A stretch of 32,000 bases of DNA from Candidatus Pacearchaeota archaeon (GTDB lineage: Archaea; Nanobdellota; Nanobdellia; Pacearchaeales; UBA284), in contig CP061211.1 of the NCBI GenBank assembly GCA_026016245.1, positions 480,001-512,000 on the forward strand, in the 5' to 3' direction. The notes below the pieces were generated by a model, which made no database searches, was not told where the DNA came from, and saw only the letters and a program-made list of their open reading frames with translations. Of the stretch, positions 8,745 through 16,180 are shown piece by piece. The translations under genes were made by a program, and so were the position numbers. Within the stretch, counting starts at the first letter, position 1. Every line of letters begins with the position of its first letter.

Positions 8745-8850
8745 CTTTTAAATGTTTAGTTTGACAGAAAGCGTAAGAATTATAAATCCCAAATTCCCTT
8801 ACAAAACTGAGGTGGTGGCGCCTCAGAGCCTAATTCTGAGAGAGATTATA

Positions 8851-9207
8851 ATGGCAAAGAAATTAATAGATATGAAAAAGATTTTATTGTTTCCAGGAAG
8901 CAAAGGAGAATTAGAAGAAATTACAGGGAAACAATATAGGTTTGTAAAAACTAAATATTCTCAGGGATATACAGGTGAAACTGAAACAGAGACTCATATC
9001 AAAAGAATTCTATTTAAATCTCTTTTCGTTGGTGTTCAAGGAAAAGATTCTAGAGAAGCTTCTAATAGATTCTCTGATGAAATTGATTTATTGAGGGAAC
9101 ATCATCATCTAAAAATTGATGCTTTTGTCTATTATCAGGTGGGACAAGGAGATGGTATTGTTTATACGATGGGAGTTCCAGTAGCAGAAAAAAGAAAGAA
9201 AGCGTAA
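8851..9207 (+). CDS. hypothetical protein
   Basis: The track ORF starts at ATG 8752, only 8 nt from the divergent csp start. ATG 8851 (MAKKLIDMKK) leaves room for divergent promoters and is preferred. Confidence 0.45.
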   Translation: MAKKLIDMKKILLFPGSKGELEEITGKQYRFVKTKYSQGYTGETETETHIKRILFKSLFVGVQGKDSREASNRFSDEIDLLREHHHLKIDAFVYYQVGQGDGIVYTMGVPVAEKRKKA

Positions 9208-9216
9208 AAGTTATAA
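9200..9216 (+). promoter_or_regulatory. promoter-like 17-mer AAGCGTAAAAGTTATAA upstream of the NUDIX gene
   Basis: Identical to 5977-5993. Ends 23 nt before ATG 9239. Confidence 0.5.
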
Positions 9217-9238
9217 GATTCTTTCTTCTAAATTTAGT

Positions 9239-9727
9239 ATGATTAAGCAGATACTGAAAGTAAAGAGGGGGATTTTTGAATTAACTTGGCATGATCTCAC
9301 AGATTTCTCAAAAATTAAACCAATAAGCCAGGTTTATGGTGTTTGTTTTAGTAAAGAGGGAAAAATATGTATTATTAAGAATCCAAGAAAACACTGGGGT
9401 TTGCCCGGAGGAAAACCAGAAAAAGGGGAAAATTTTGATCAGACATTAAAAAGAGAAGTAAAGGAAGAAGCAGATATAGAAATTAAAGATATAACTCCTT
9501 TAGGATATCAAAAAGTATATCATAAAGACACAAAAAAGACATTTTATCAATTAAGATATGCTGCTATAATTTCAAAAATAAAGCCTCAAACAATAGATCC
9601 CAGTGAAAAAAGAATTCCTAAAAGAAAATTCATAAAGCCAAAAGATTTCTTGAAATACTGCCCTTGGGGTCCAATCGGCAAAAAAATAATTAAGAAGGCT
9701 GTTAAAATGTATAAAGAGAAAAATTAA
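9239..9727 (+). CDS. NUDIX hydrolase
   Basis: 162 aa. Nudix box GKPEKGENFDQTLKREVKEEADI (Gx5Ex7REVxEE). Confidence 0.85.
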   Translation: MIKQILKVKRGIFELTWHDLTDFSKIKPISQVYGVCFSKEGKICIIKNPRKHWGLPGGKPEKGENFDQTLKREVKEEADIEIKDITPLGYQKVYHKDTKKTFYQLRYAAIISKIKPQTIDPSEKRIPKRKFIKPKDFLKYCPWGPIGKKIIKKAVKMYKEKN

Positions 9728-9745
9728 AAGGCTAGGGGAATTTGA
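9719..9745 (+). promoter_or_regulatory. copy 2 of dispersed intergenic motif (AAAAATTAAAAGGCTAGGGGAATTTGA)
   Basis: A 20-nt perfect match to 10068-10087, or 27 nt with 2 mismatches. Overlaps the NUDIX stop and lies 13 nt before ATG 9758. Confidence 0.5.
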
Positions 9746-9757
9746 TATTTTAGAAAA

Positions 9758-10066
9758 ATGGGTGATAGATTAATACATCCTGAAAATGTAAGAATAATAG
9801 CCAAGGGAAGTATTGGAGACATAGAAAGAATCCAACAAAGAGAAAGAAGACGAAAATTTCATATTTTTCTTAATATTATTATTGCTATTTGTGCTATTTT
9901 AGGAATAATCTCGGCGATTAGTAAAGATTACTTGTTTAGTATGGTGTTTTTTGTAATTGCTATATTAATTATCTTGTTTTTAATTTTCAGAAAGAAACGT
10001 AGAAGATATTATAGAAGAAAATCCTATAGAAGAAAGTCAAGAAAATTTCGTAAGAAAAGAAGATAG
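9758..10066 (+). CDS. small membrane protein with extremely Arg/Lys-rich C-terminal tail
   Basis: 102 aa. Two hydrophobic helices (IFLNIIIAICAILGIISAI, MVFFVIAILIILFLIF) followed by RKKRRRYYRRKSYRRKSRKFRKKRR. Confidence 0.55.
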   Translation: MGDRLIHPENVRIIAKGSIGDIERIQQRERRRKFHIFLNIIIAICAILGIISAISKDYLFSMVFFVIAILIILFLIFRKKRRRYYRRKSYRRKSRKFRKKRR

Positions 10067-10067
10067 T

Positions 10068-10094
10068 AAAAATTAAAAGGCTAGGGGGGTTTGA
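10068..10094 (+). promoter_or_regulatory. copy 3 of dispersed intergenic motif (AAAAATTAAAAGGCTAGGGGGGTTTGA)
   Basis: See 9719-9745. Followed by the G-runs GGGGGG..GGGGG. Confidence 0.5.
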
Positions 10095-10115
10095 GGGGGT
10101 GTTCTTTAAAGAAAA

Positions 10116-10140
10116 TTTTATAAAGTATACTTAGTATACT
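10116..10140 (+). promoter_or_regulatory. TATA-like box plus tandem 8-bp palindromes (AGTATACT x2), putative operator of the R-M operon
   Basis: TTTTATAAA at 10116-10124. AGTATACT at 10124-10131 and 10133-10140; each is its own reverse complement. The second ends 5 nt before ATG 10146. Confidence 0.45.
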
Positions 10141-10145
10141 AAAAG

Positions 10146-10304
10146 ATGGCTAAGGGAATTAATGGAAATAACAAGAGCACTATAAAACTCAGTAAAGAAA
10201 CTAAAGAAAAACTAATTAATTTAGACATCTCCCGAAAAAATAAGTCTTTTGAAGAGATAATTCTAGAATTAATTAAATCTTATGGGGAGAAAAATGGAAA
10301 ATGA
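10146..10304 (+). CDS. small (52 aa) RHH/VapB-like putative regulator or antitoxin, translationally coupled to hsdM
   Basis: Below the track size cut-off. Hand translation: [52 protein letters not shown]. The pattern (beta-strand TIKLS, then helix..KSFEEII.ELI) resembles small archaeal RHH/antitoxin-type proteins. The stop TGA 10302-10304 overlaps the hsdM ATG at 10301. Confidence 0.5.
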   Translation: MAKGINGNNKSTIKLSKETKEKLINLDISRKNKSFEEIILELIKSYGEKNGK

Positions 10305-11836
10305 CAAATAATGGTGCAAATCTTGGTTTTGAACAAAAACTATGGCAAGCTGCTGATAAATTAAGAAGTAATATGGATGCTGCAGAATATAAGCATGTAG
10401 TTCTTGGCCTTATATTCTTAAAGTATATTTCTGATGCTTTTGAAGAAAGACATGAATATTTACAAGAGCATTTGCATGAAGGATGTGACCCTGAAGAGCC
10501 AGATGAATACAAAGAGGAGAATGTTTTTTGGGTTCCGCCAATAGCTAGATGGGATTATATTAAAAAAAATGCAAAAAAGCCAACAATAGGCGAAATTATT
10601 GATAAGGCTATGGAAGCCATAGAAAGAGATAATCCTTCTTTGAAAGGTGTTTTGCCTAAAAATTATGCAAGGCCTGGATTAAATAAACAAAGATTAGGAG
10701 AATTAATTGATTTAATTGGATCTATTGCATTAGGAGATTATGACAGTAGGTCTAAAGATATTTTAGGAAGAGTTTATGAATATTTTCTTGGCCAGTTTGC
10801 AGATGCAGAAGGAAAAAAAGGCGGGCAGTTCTATACCCCAAGATGTATAGTTAAAATTCTTGTTGAAATGATTGAACCTTATAAAGGAAGAGTCTTTGAT
10901 CCTTGCTGTGGTTCTGGAGGAATGTTTGTTCAATCTGAAAAATTCATTAAAGAGCATAGCGGGAGAATAGGGGATATTTCTATTTATGGCCAAGAATCAA
11001 ATCAAACAACATGGAAATTATGTAAAATGAATATGGCAATTAGAGGAATTGATGCTAATATTAAATGGGGAGATTCTTTCCATGATGACCAGCATAAAGA
11101 CTTAAAAGCAGATTTTGTTCTTGCTAATCCTCCCTTTAATGATTCGGACTGGAATGGACAGCTTTTACAAGAAGATGTAAGATGGAAGTTTGGGGTTCCA
11201 CCAACAGGAAATGCTAATTTTGCATGGGTTCAGCATTTTATTCATCATTTAAATCCTTCAGGAATAGCTGGTTTTGTTTTAGCTAATGGCTCAATGTCTT
11301 CTAATACATCAAATGAAGGGGAAATTAGAAAAAACATCATTAATGCTGATATGGTTGATTGCATGATTGCTCTTCCTAGCCAATTATTCTATAATACAAT
11401 GATTCCTGCTTGCTTATGGTTTGTTACAAGAGACAAAAAAGACAGTAAATTCAGAGACAGAAGAAACACAGTTCTTTTTATTGATGCCAGAAACATGGGA
11501 AAGATGATAGACAGAAGGCATAAAGAACTAACTGATGAGGAAATAAAGAAGATTGCAGACACGTATCATTCTTGGAGAGGAGAAAACAAACAAAAATACA
11601 AAGACATTCCAGGATTTTGCAAATCTGCCTCATTAAAAGAAATTGAAAAAAACAATTTCATCCTCACACCAGGAAGATATGTCGGAGCAAAAGAAGAGGA
11701 AGAAGATAAAGAAGTCTTTGATGAAAAGATGAAGAGATTGACTTCTGAACTTTCAGAACAGATGAAACAAGGGCAGAAACTAGATGAAGAAATAAAGAAG
11801 AATTTGGGGGGCTTGGTTGGAGGATTTAGAAGATGA
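10301..11836 (+). CDS. hsdM: Type I restriction-modification system, DNA methyltransferase subunit M
   Basis: 511 aa. HsdM N-terminal domain ([36 protein letters not shown]), AdoMet motif [10 protein letters not shown], catalytic LANPPFN. Confidence 0.95.
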   Translation: MTNNGANLGFEQKLWQAADKLRSNMDAAEYKHVVLGLIFLKYISDAFEERHEYLQEHLHEGCDPEEPDEYKEENVFWVPPIARWDYIKKNAKKPTIGEIIDKAMEAIERDNPSLKGVLPKNYARPGLNKQRLGELIDLIGSIALGDYDSRSKDILGRVYEYFLGQFADAEGKKGGQFYTPRCIVKILVEMIEPYKGRVFDPCCGSGGMFVQSEKFIKEHSGRIGDISIYGQESNQTTWKLCKMNMAIRGIDANIKWGDSFHDDQHKDLKADFVLANPPFNDSDWNGQLLQEDVRWKFGVPPTGNANFAWVQHFIHHLNPSGIAGFVLANGSMSSNTSNEGEIRKNIINADMVDCMIALPSQLFYNTMIPACLWFVTRDKKDSKFRDRRNTVLFIDARNMGKMIDRRHKELTDEEIKKIADTYHSWRGENKQKYKDIPGFCKSASLKEIEKNNFILTPGRYVGAKEEEEDKEVFDEKMKRLTSELSEQMKQGQKLDEEIKKNLGGLVGGFRR

Positions 11837-13008
11837 AAAGATTCTTTGCTTGGATTAAAGAAAACGTTTTTCTTATTTTAGAATCAATTATTTTATTACT
11901 AATTCCTATTTTTAATTTTATTAGTTCACAAATTTTAATCTATCAGAAAATTATAAGTTGGGTTTTGTTTCTACTAATTCTCATTGATGTTTTGTTTAAG
12001 ATAAATGAAAAAATAAGGGAGAAGAAGAAAGAAAGAGCACTAAAAATGGAAAATGAAAAAAGAGGGGAAACTGAAAGAAAAAGATATGAAACTATAGAAG
12101 AAATGAAAAAGAATTTAGAAGAACAGAAAAATTTTAATTTAGAATACAAAGAAAAAAAGGAAAGATCCATAAAAATATTAAATAAATTCTTTAACGAAAG
12201 TCTACTAAATGAAGAGGATATTTTAAGTCTAGCGAAGTCATCTAGTTATTATATTCTTTTTATTTATAGTTGGCCTTTTCCAGAAATCAAAAATAAAAGA
12301 TATAAGTTCATAACAACTAGACAATACCCCCTCTTTTTAAATGATATCGGATTTACAAGAATGGGCAGTTCAAGAAGCACCTTTTTCATTATAAAAAAAG
12401 ATAGATTAGAAAAGAAATACCACAATATTGCAAGTTTTAAAAAATTTCTCAATAAGAATTTAGAAGAGATAAGAAAAGAAGAATTTAAAATGTATTTAGA
12501 AGAATTAAAAAAACAAGACAAGAAAGTATATACTAAATATTCAAAAAAGAGTTACTCTGAATATTTGAAAATAAATTTTCTACTACTTGAGAATATCATC
12601 CATTCTGGGAATCTTGGTCTTGTGAGTGGGGAGTATATTGGTCTTGGTGGGAAAAAACAAGTTGAAGAAATAAACAAACAAATTTTATCAGGAATAGAAC
12701 TTTCTGAAATTGACTTAAAAGAAAATGTTAAAATAAAGATTAGAGATTATTTTCAAAAGCAGGACTTTAATCTCTTACTAGAAGGAATTAAACAAAGAAC
12801 AATAAATAAAATTTCAAAATCGAGAGTTAAACTAAAAGACGAATTAAATATTGCTAATGTATTAGAAATAGCTGGAAAAAACAAACAGGATTTACAAAAA
12901 GCATTAGATAAAATTGGTATACCAAATGCTAAGAATCTCGCTACCAAGATGAAACAAATTGCAGAAGAATATTTAGAAGCATTAAACGATTTAAAGATAA
13001 ACCTTTAA
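11833..13008 (+). CDS. unknown 2-TM + coiled-coil protein embedded in the Type I operon
   Basis: 391 aa. Its ATG overlaps the hsdM stop (ATGA). It has two N-terminal hydrophobic helices, a K/E-rich segment ([38 protein letters not shown]) and an unassigned C-terminal region. Confidence 0.6.
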   Translation: MKRFFAWIKENVFLILESIILLLIPIFNFISSQILIYQKIISWVLFLLILIDVLFKINEKIREKKKERALKMENEKRGETERKRYETIEEMKKNLEEQKNFNLEYKEKKERSIKILNKFFNESLLNEEDILSLAKSSSYYILFIYSWPFPEIKNKRYKFITTRQYPLFLNDIGFTRMGSSRSTFFIIKKDRLEKKYHNIASFKKFLNKNLEEIRKEEFKMYLEELKKQDKKVYTKYSKKSYSEYLKINFLLLENIIHSGNLGLVSGEYIGLGGKKQVEEINKQILSGIELSEIDLKENVKIKIRDYFQKQDFNLLLEGIKQRTINKISKSRVKLKDELNIANVLEIAGKNKQDLQKALDKIGIPNAKNLATKMKQIAEEYLEALNDLKINL

Positions 13009-13014
13009 TAGAAA

Positions 13015-13057
13015 ATGAAACAACAAACAAAATTCAAGCAAACTGAAAATAAGGAAA
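13015..13057 (+). pseudogene. vestigial duplicate of the hsdS 5' end
   Basis: atgaaacaacaaacaaaattcaagcaaactgaaaataaggaaa aligns to the hsdS start at 14069-14109 (37 of 43 columns). It encodes MKQQTKFKQTE versus the hsdS MKSQTKFKQTE. The frame dies after 24 codons and is out of frame with ATG 13062. Confidence 0.65.
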
Positions 13058-13061
13058 CAAA

Positions 13062-14072
13062 ATGCCAACACAAACAGGTAAATCACTAATTGTAGTTGAT
13101 ACTAATATTATAAGAACCAAGCAAGATTGGGAATCAGATTTTTTTGAACTCTCGCCTAAAGGAACATTTACCGAATTAATTTATTACATAGAAAAAAATA
13201 ACTTACAAAATCTAGTTAATATTGCAATTCCTGAGATTGTAATTGAAGAGTTTTCTGAGTCTAAAAAAGAGAATTTTAATAATTCTTTAACTGGATTAAA
13301 GAAGAAGTTAGAACTTTTTAAAAAAATGCCTTGTTGTGATTTTTCAAATATAAAATTACCAGAAGAGTCATTTGATTATGGAAACTATATAACCCAAAAA
13401 ATAAATGAATTAATCACTGCTAAAAATTTTATTAAGATTATTAAGATAGATGCTACCAAGTCTCATGAGGTGTTAGAAGATCTAAAAAAAAGAGTTTTCG
13501 AAGGAAAAAAACCTTTCAAAAAGGGAAGCGATAGAGGATTTAAAGATTCATTAATTTGGCATTGTTTTTTGCATAATGTAGATGTAAATACTTTTGATTA
13601 TTTTTACTTTCTAAGTGAGAATTCAGAAGATTTTAATGAAGAATTAAAAGAAGAATTTGAGAGCAGATTTCAGAGGAATTTAAACTTCTTTACGGATGTA
13701 AAAGAAATGATTTCAAATCTAAATGAATATTATTATTTATATGAAGACTACCCAGAAATAATTGCTCATTTGCAAACGGACTATTTCAAGGGGCAATTAA
13801 TGGATTTTATATCTGATATCTTAGGTATAGGAATAAATAATTTTGAGATTATAAATTTTTGTAAAGGGATAGAAGAGATGAGTTTAGAAAAATTCTATGA
13901 ATTAGAATTACAAGAAGAATTCCCAGATGAAATAATAGAAATCCTAAAATTAATCCAAATTGAGATTAAGAATGAGGGTATTGAATATCTTGCTTTAGTC
14001 ATTTTTGATTTTTCATCGAATACAATAGTTGATGTAAGATTAAATAAGAAAGACGGGAGACTAGTAATATGA
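13062..14072 (+). CDS. PIN-like (DUF4935-type) putative nuclease embedded in the Type I operon
   Basis: 336 aa. N-terminal SLIVVDTNIIR, then IPEIVIEE, GFKDSLIWH and FLSENSEDF, which is the acidic-residue layout of PIN-like domains. The stop overlaps the hsdS ATG (ATGA 14069-14072). Confidence 0.55.
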   Translation: MPTQTGKSLIVVDTNIIRTKQDWESDFFELSPKGTFTELIYYIEKNNLQNLVNIAIPEIVIEEFSESKKENFNNSLTGLKKKLELFKKMPCCDFSNIKLPEESFDYGNYITQKINELITAKNFIKIIKIDATKSHEVLEDLKKRVFEGKKPFKKGSDRGFKDSLIWHCFLHNVDVNTFDYFYFLSENSEDFNEELKEEFESRFQRNLNFFTDVKEMISNLNEYYYLYEDYPEIIAHLQTDYFKGQLMDFISDILGIGINNFEIINFCKGIEEMSLEKFYELELQEEFPDEIIEILKLIQIEIKNEGIEYLALVIFDFSSNTIVDVRLNKKDGRLVI

Positions 14073-15325
14073 AATCCCAAACAAAATTCAAACAAACTGA
14101 AATAGGAAAAATCCCTGAAGGCTGGGAAATCTTGAGAGTAACGGATTTAGGGAGAGTTATTACGGGAAAAACTCCACCAACAAAAATAAAGGAATACTTC
14201 GGTTCAGATTTTCCATTCATAAAAATACCTGATCTGGGAAAGTCAGTTTATATTGAGAAATCTGAAACTATGCTCTCTAAAAAAGGAGCGGGATATATGG
14301 GTAACCTAAAGCTACCAAAAGATTCAGTGATGGTTTCATGTTTAGCAACAATCGGTAAAGTAGGCATTACAAAAAGAGATTCATTCACAAATCAGCAAAT
14401 AAACTCTTTAATTTGTAATAAAGATAAAGTCATCCCATTGTGGATATACTACTTTTTTAAGAATAATCTCTTTTATTTAGAAAGTTTGGGTGGCGGTGGT
14501 TCTGTTTACACAAACATTTCTAAAAGCCGGTTTGAGAACGCATCAATCCCTATTCCAAGGATAAAAGAACAGGAAAGGATTATTAATATCTTATTTGACT
14601 TAGATTCAAAAATCGAATTCAACCAACAAATGAACAAGAGTTTAGAAGCAATCGGCCAAGCAATCTTTAAGAGATGGTTTGTTGATTTTGAATTTCCAAA
14701 TGAAAAAGGCAAGCCATACAAAAGCTCAGGCGGAGAGATGGTTGAATCTGAATTAGGAAAGATACCGAAAGGATGGGGGGTTGGGAGATTTAAAGATATT
14801 TCAAAACTTCAGATGGGAATATCCCCAAAAGGCAATAGTTATAACGAAGATAGAAAAGGTATTCCTTTACTAAACGGGGCTGCGGATTTCTCAGGCAAAT
14901 TAATCTTACCAAAAAAGTTTACTACTGAGCCAATTAAAAAGTGCAATACGGGCGATTTAGTTTTTTGTATTAGGGCAACAATAGGAAATGTAACTTTTGC
15001 AGATAAAGAATTTTGTCTTGGTCGTGGTGTCGCAGCATTAAAAATAAATAATAATTTTAGAGAGTTTTTTTACTATTCCCTTATTGGTTCATTAGAAAAA
15101 ATGATTTCAAGTGCTACTGGAAGCGTAATCATGGGCTTGTCAAAGACAGATATAGAAGACTGCAAAATTATTATTCCTGATAATAATTTAATTAAGATTT
15201 TTAACAAGAATCTATTCTCATTTTTTGAAATGCAAAAAAAGCTTGATGAAGAAATTCAAAGCTTATCACAAATCCGAGACTCCCTTTTACCTAAATTGAT
15301 GTCTGGGAAGATTAGAGTTATTTAA
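14069..15325 (+). CDS. hsdS: Type I restriction-modification system, specificity subunit S
   Basis: 418 aa. Two target-recognition halves each open with KIPEGW / KIPKGW. A central conserved helix (EQERIINILFDLDSKIEFNQQMNKSLEAIGQAIFKRWFVDFEFP) and a C-terminal conserved helix (LSQIRDSLLPKLMSGKIRV) are present. Confidence 0.9.
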   Translation: MKSQTKFKQTEIGKIPEGWEILRVTDLGRVITGKTPPTKIKEYFGSDFPFIKIPDLGKSVYIEKSETMLSKKGAGYMGNLKLPKDSVMVSCLATIGKVGITKRDSFTNQQINSLICNKDKVIPLWIYYFFKNNLFYLESLGGGGSVYTNISKSRFENASIPIPRIKEQERIINILFDLDSKIEFNQQMNKSLEAIGQAIFKRWFVDFEFPNEKGKPYKSSGGEMVESELGKIPKGWGVGRFKDISKLQMGISPKGNSYNEDRKGIPLLNGAADFSGKLILPKKFTTEPIKKCNTGDLVFCIRATIGNVTFADKEFCLGRGVAALKINNNFREFFYYSLIGSLEKMISSATGSVIMGLSKTDIEDCKIIIPDNNLIKIFNKNLFSFFEMQKKLDEEIQSLSQIRDSLLPKLMSGKIRVI

Positions 15326-16088
15326 CATTATTTTTAGCCCTATCTAAAAAATCTATTATTCTTTGTCTTAGCCCATTCAAGATATTTCTGAAAGACTGCG
15401 GATTAACTAAGTAAGGTACAGGTTCATTTGGATCGACATTCAAATCTTTTACCATTAACTCCATTGGAGGAGCATTCATTACTATTCTTTGTTCTTTGGA
15501 ATATCTATCAACCCACTCCTCAATTTGCCTTATTGGTTGAGAAATAAACATGGGGATATCAAATCTTTCTATTTTCCCATTTTTTAAACCAATATTTAAT
15601 TCCGCTTCTATTCTTCTATATTGGGTTTCTTTATCTGATTTTTTCATCTTTAATCCTGTGTTCTTCTCTTCATCACCCCAATATTCACCATATCCTCTAA
15701 CTTCCTTATTTAACCATTTTTCATCATCATTCATCTTTAGTTTTTTAGCTAATCTCAAAGACATTTCAGATATTGTCGAGATTGACTTATTTTCATCAAG
15801 ATAATTTTCTATTTTACTTATTAGTTTTTTTGCGTTTGTTTCTTCTTCTCTTATTTCCTCCGAGAACGCTACCACTTTTTTACTTTCTTCTTTGAAATGA
15901 GTTATTTGAGAGTTTGTAACATTGCCAGTTATTTGAACTAATTGTGAGTTAGGAGAGTTGATAAGAAGTGCTTTTTGATTTTTCTCAATTTTAATAAGAT
16001 ATTTAACAGCAAATCCAAATCCTGCTAAGGAAACTATCAATAAGGCTATCTCTACTATATGTTCAATAAACCATTCTTCAAATGCCAT
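15318..16088 (-). CDS. membrane-anchored AbiTii-like protein, antisense inside the R-M locus
   Basis: The track ORF starts at TTG 16094; ATG 16088 (MAFEEWF) is preferred. N-terminal TM helix IVEIALLIVSLAGFGFAV. The segment LRLAKKLKMNDDEKWLNKEVRGYGEY...QYRRIEAEL resembles the AbiTii signature (W..EL.GY ... YR). Assigned from memory only. Confidence 0.45.
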   Translation of the reverse strand: MAFEEWFIEHIVEIALLIVSLAGFGFAVKYLIKIEKNQKALLINSPNSQLVQITGNVTNSQITHFKEESKKVVAFSEEIREEETNAKKLISKIENYLDENKSISTISEMSLRLAKKLKMNDDEKWLNKEVRGYGEYWGDEEKNTGLKMKKSDKETQYRRIEAELNIGLKNGKIERFDIPMFISQPIRQIEEWVDRYSKEQRIVMNAPPMELMVKDLNVDPNEPVPYLVNPQSFRNILNGLRQRIIDFLDRAKNNVK

Positions 16089-16180
16089 AAACAATCAATA
16101 CAAATTGATTATTTAATCTTTATGTAGTCTTTAAATCTATCAGAGAAAGAAGTTAAAAACCTCAAATTCCTTATTAAAAA

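Noticed and set aside
9719-10094. The 20-27-bp direct repeats flanking gene 9758..10066, read as a target-site duplication of a one-gene cassette
   Set aside because: A third, slightly diverged copy at 5503-5527 sits upstream of an unrelated gene. A dispersed promoter or operator motif therefore explains the pattern better than an insertion footprint.
16093-16110. The AATCAAT-acaa-ATTGATT palindrome between the AbiTii-like gene and hsdR as a specific operator
   Set aside because: A 7-bp A/T-rich palindrome is expected by chance in this composition, and I saw no second copy or conserved context.
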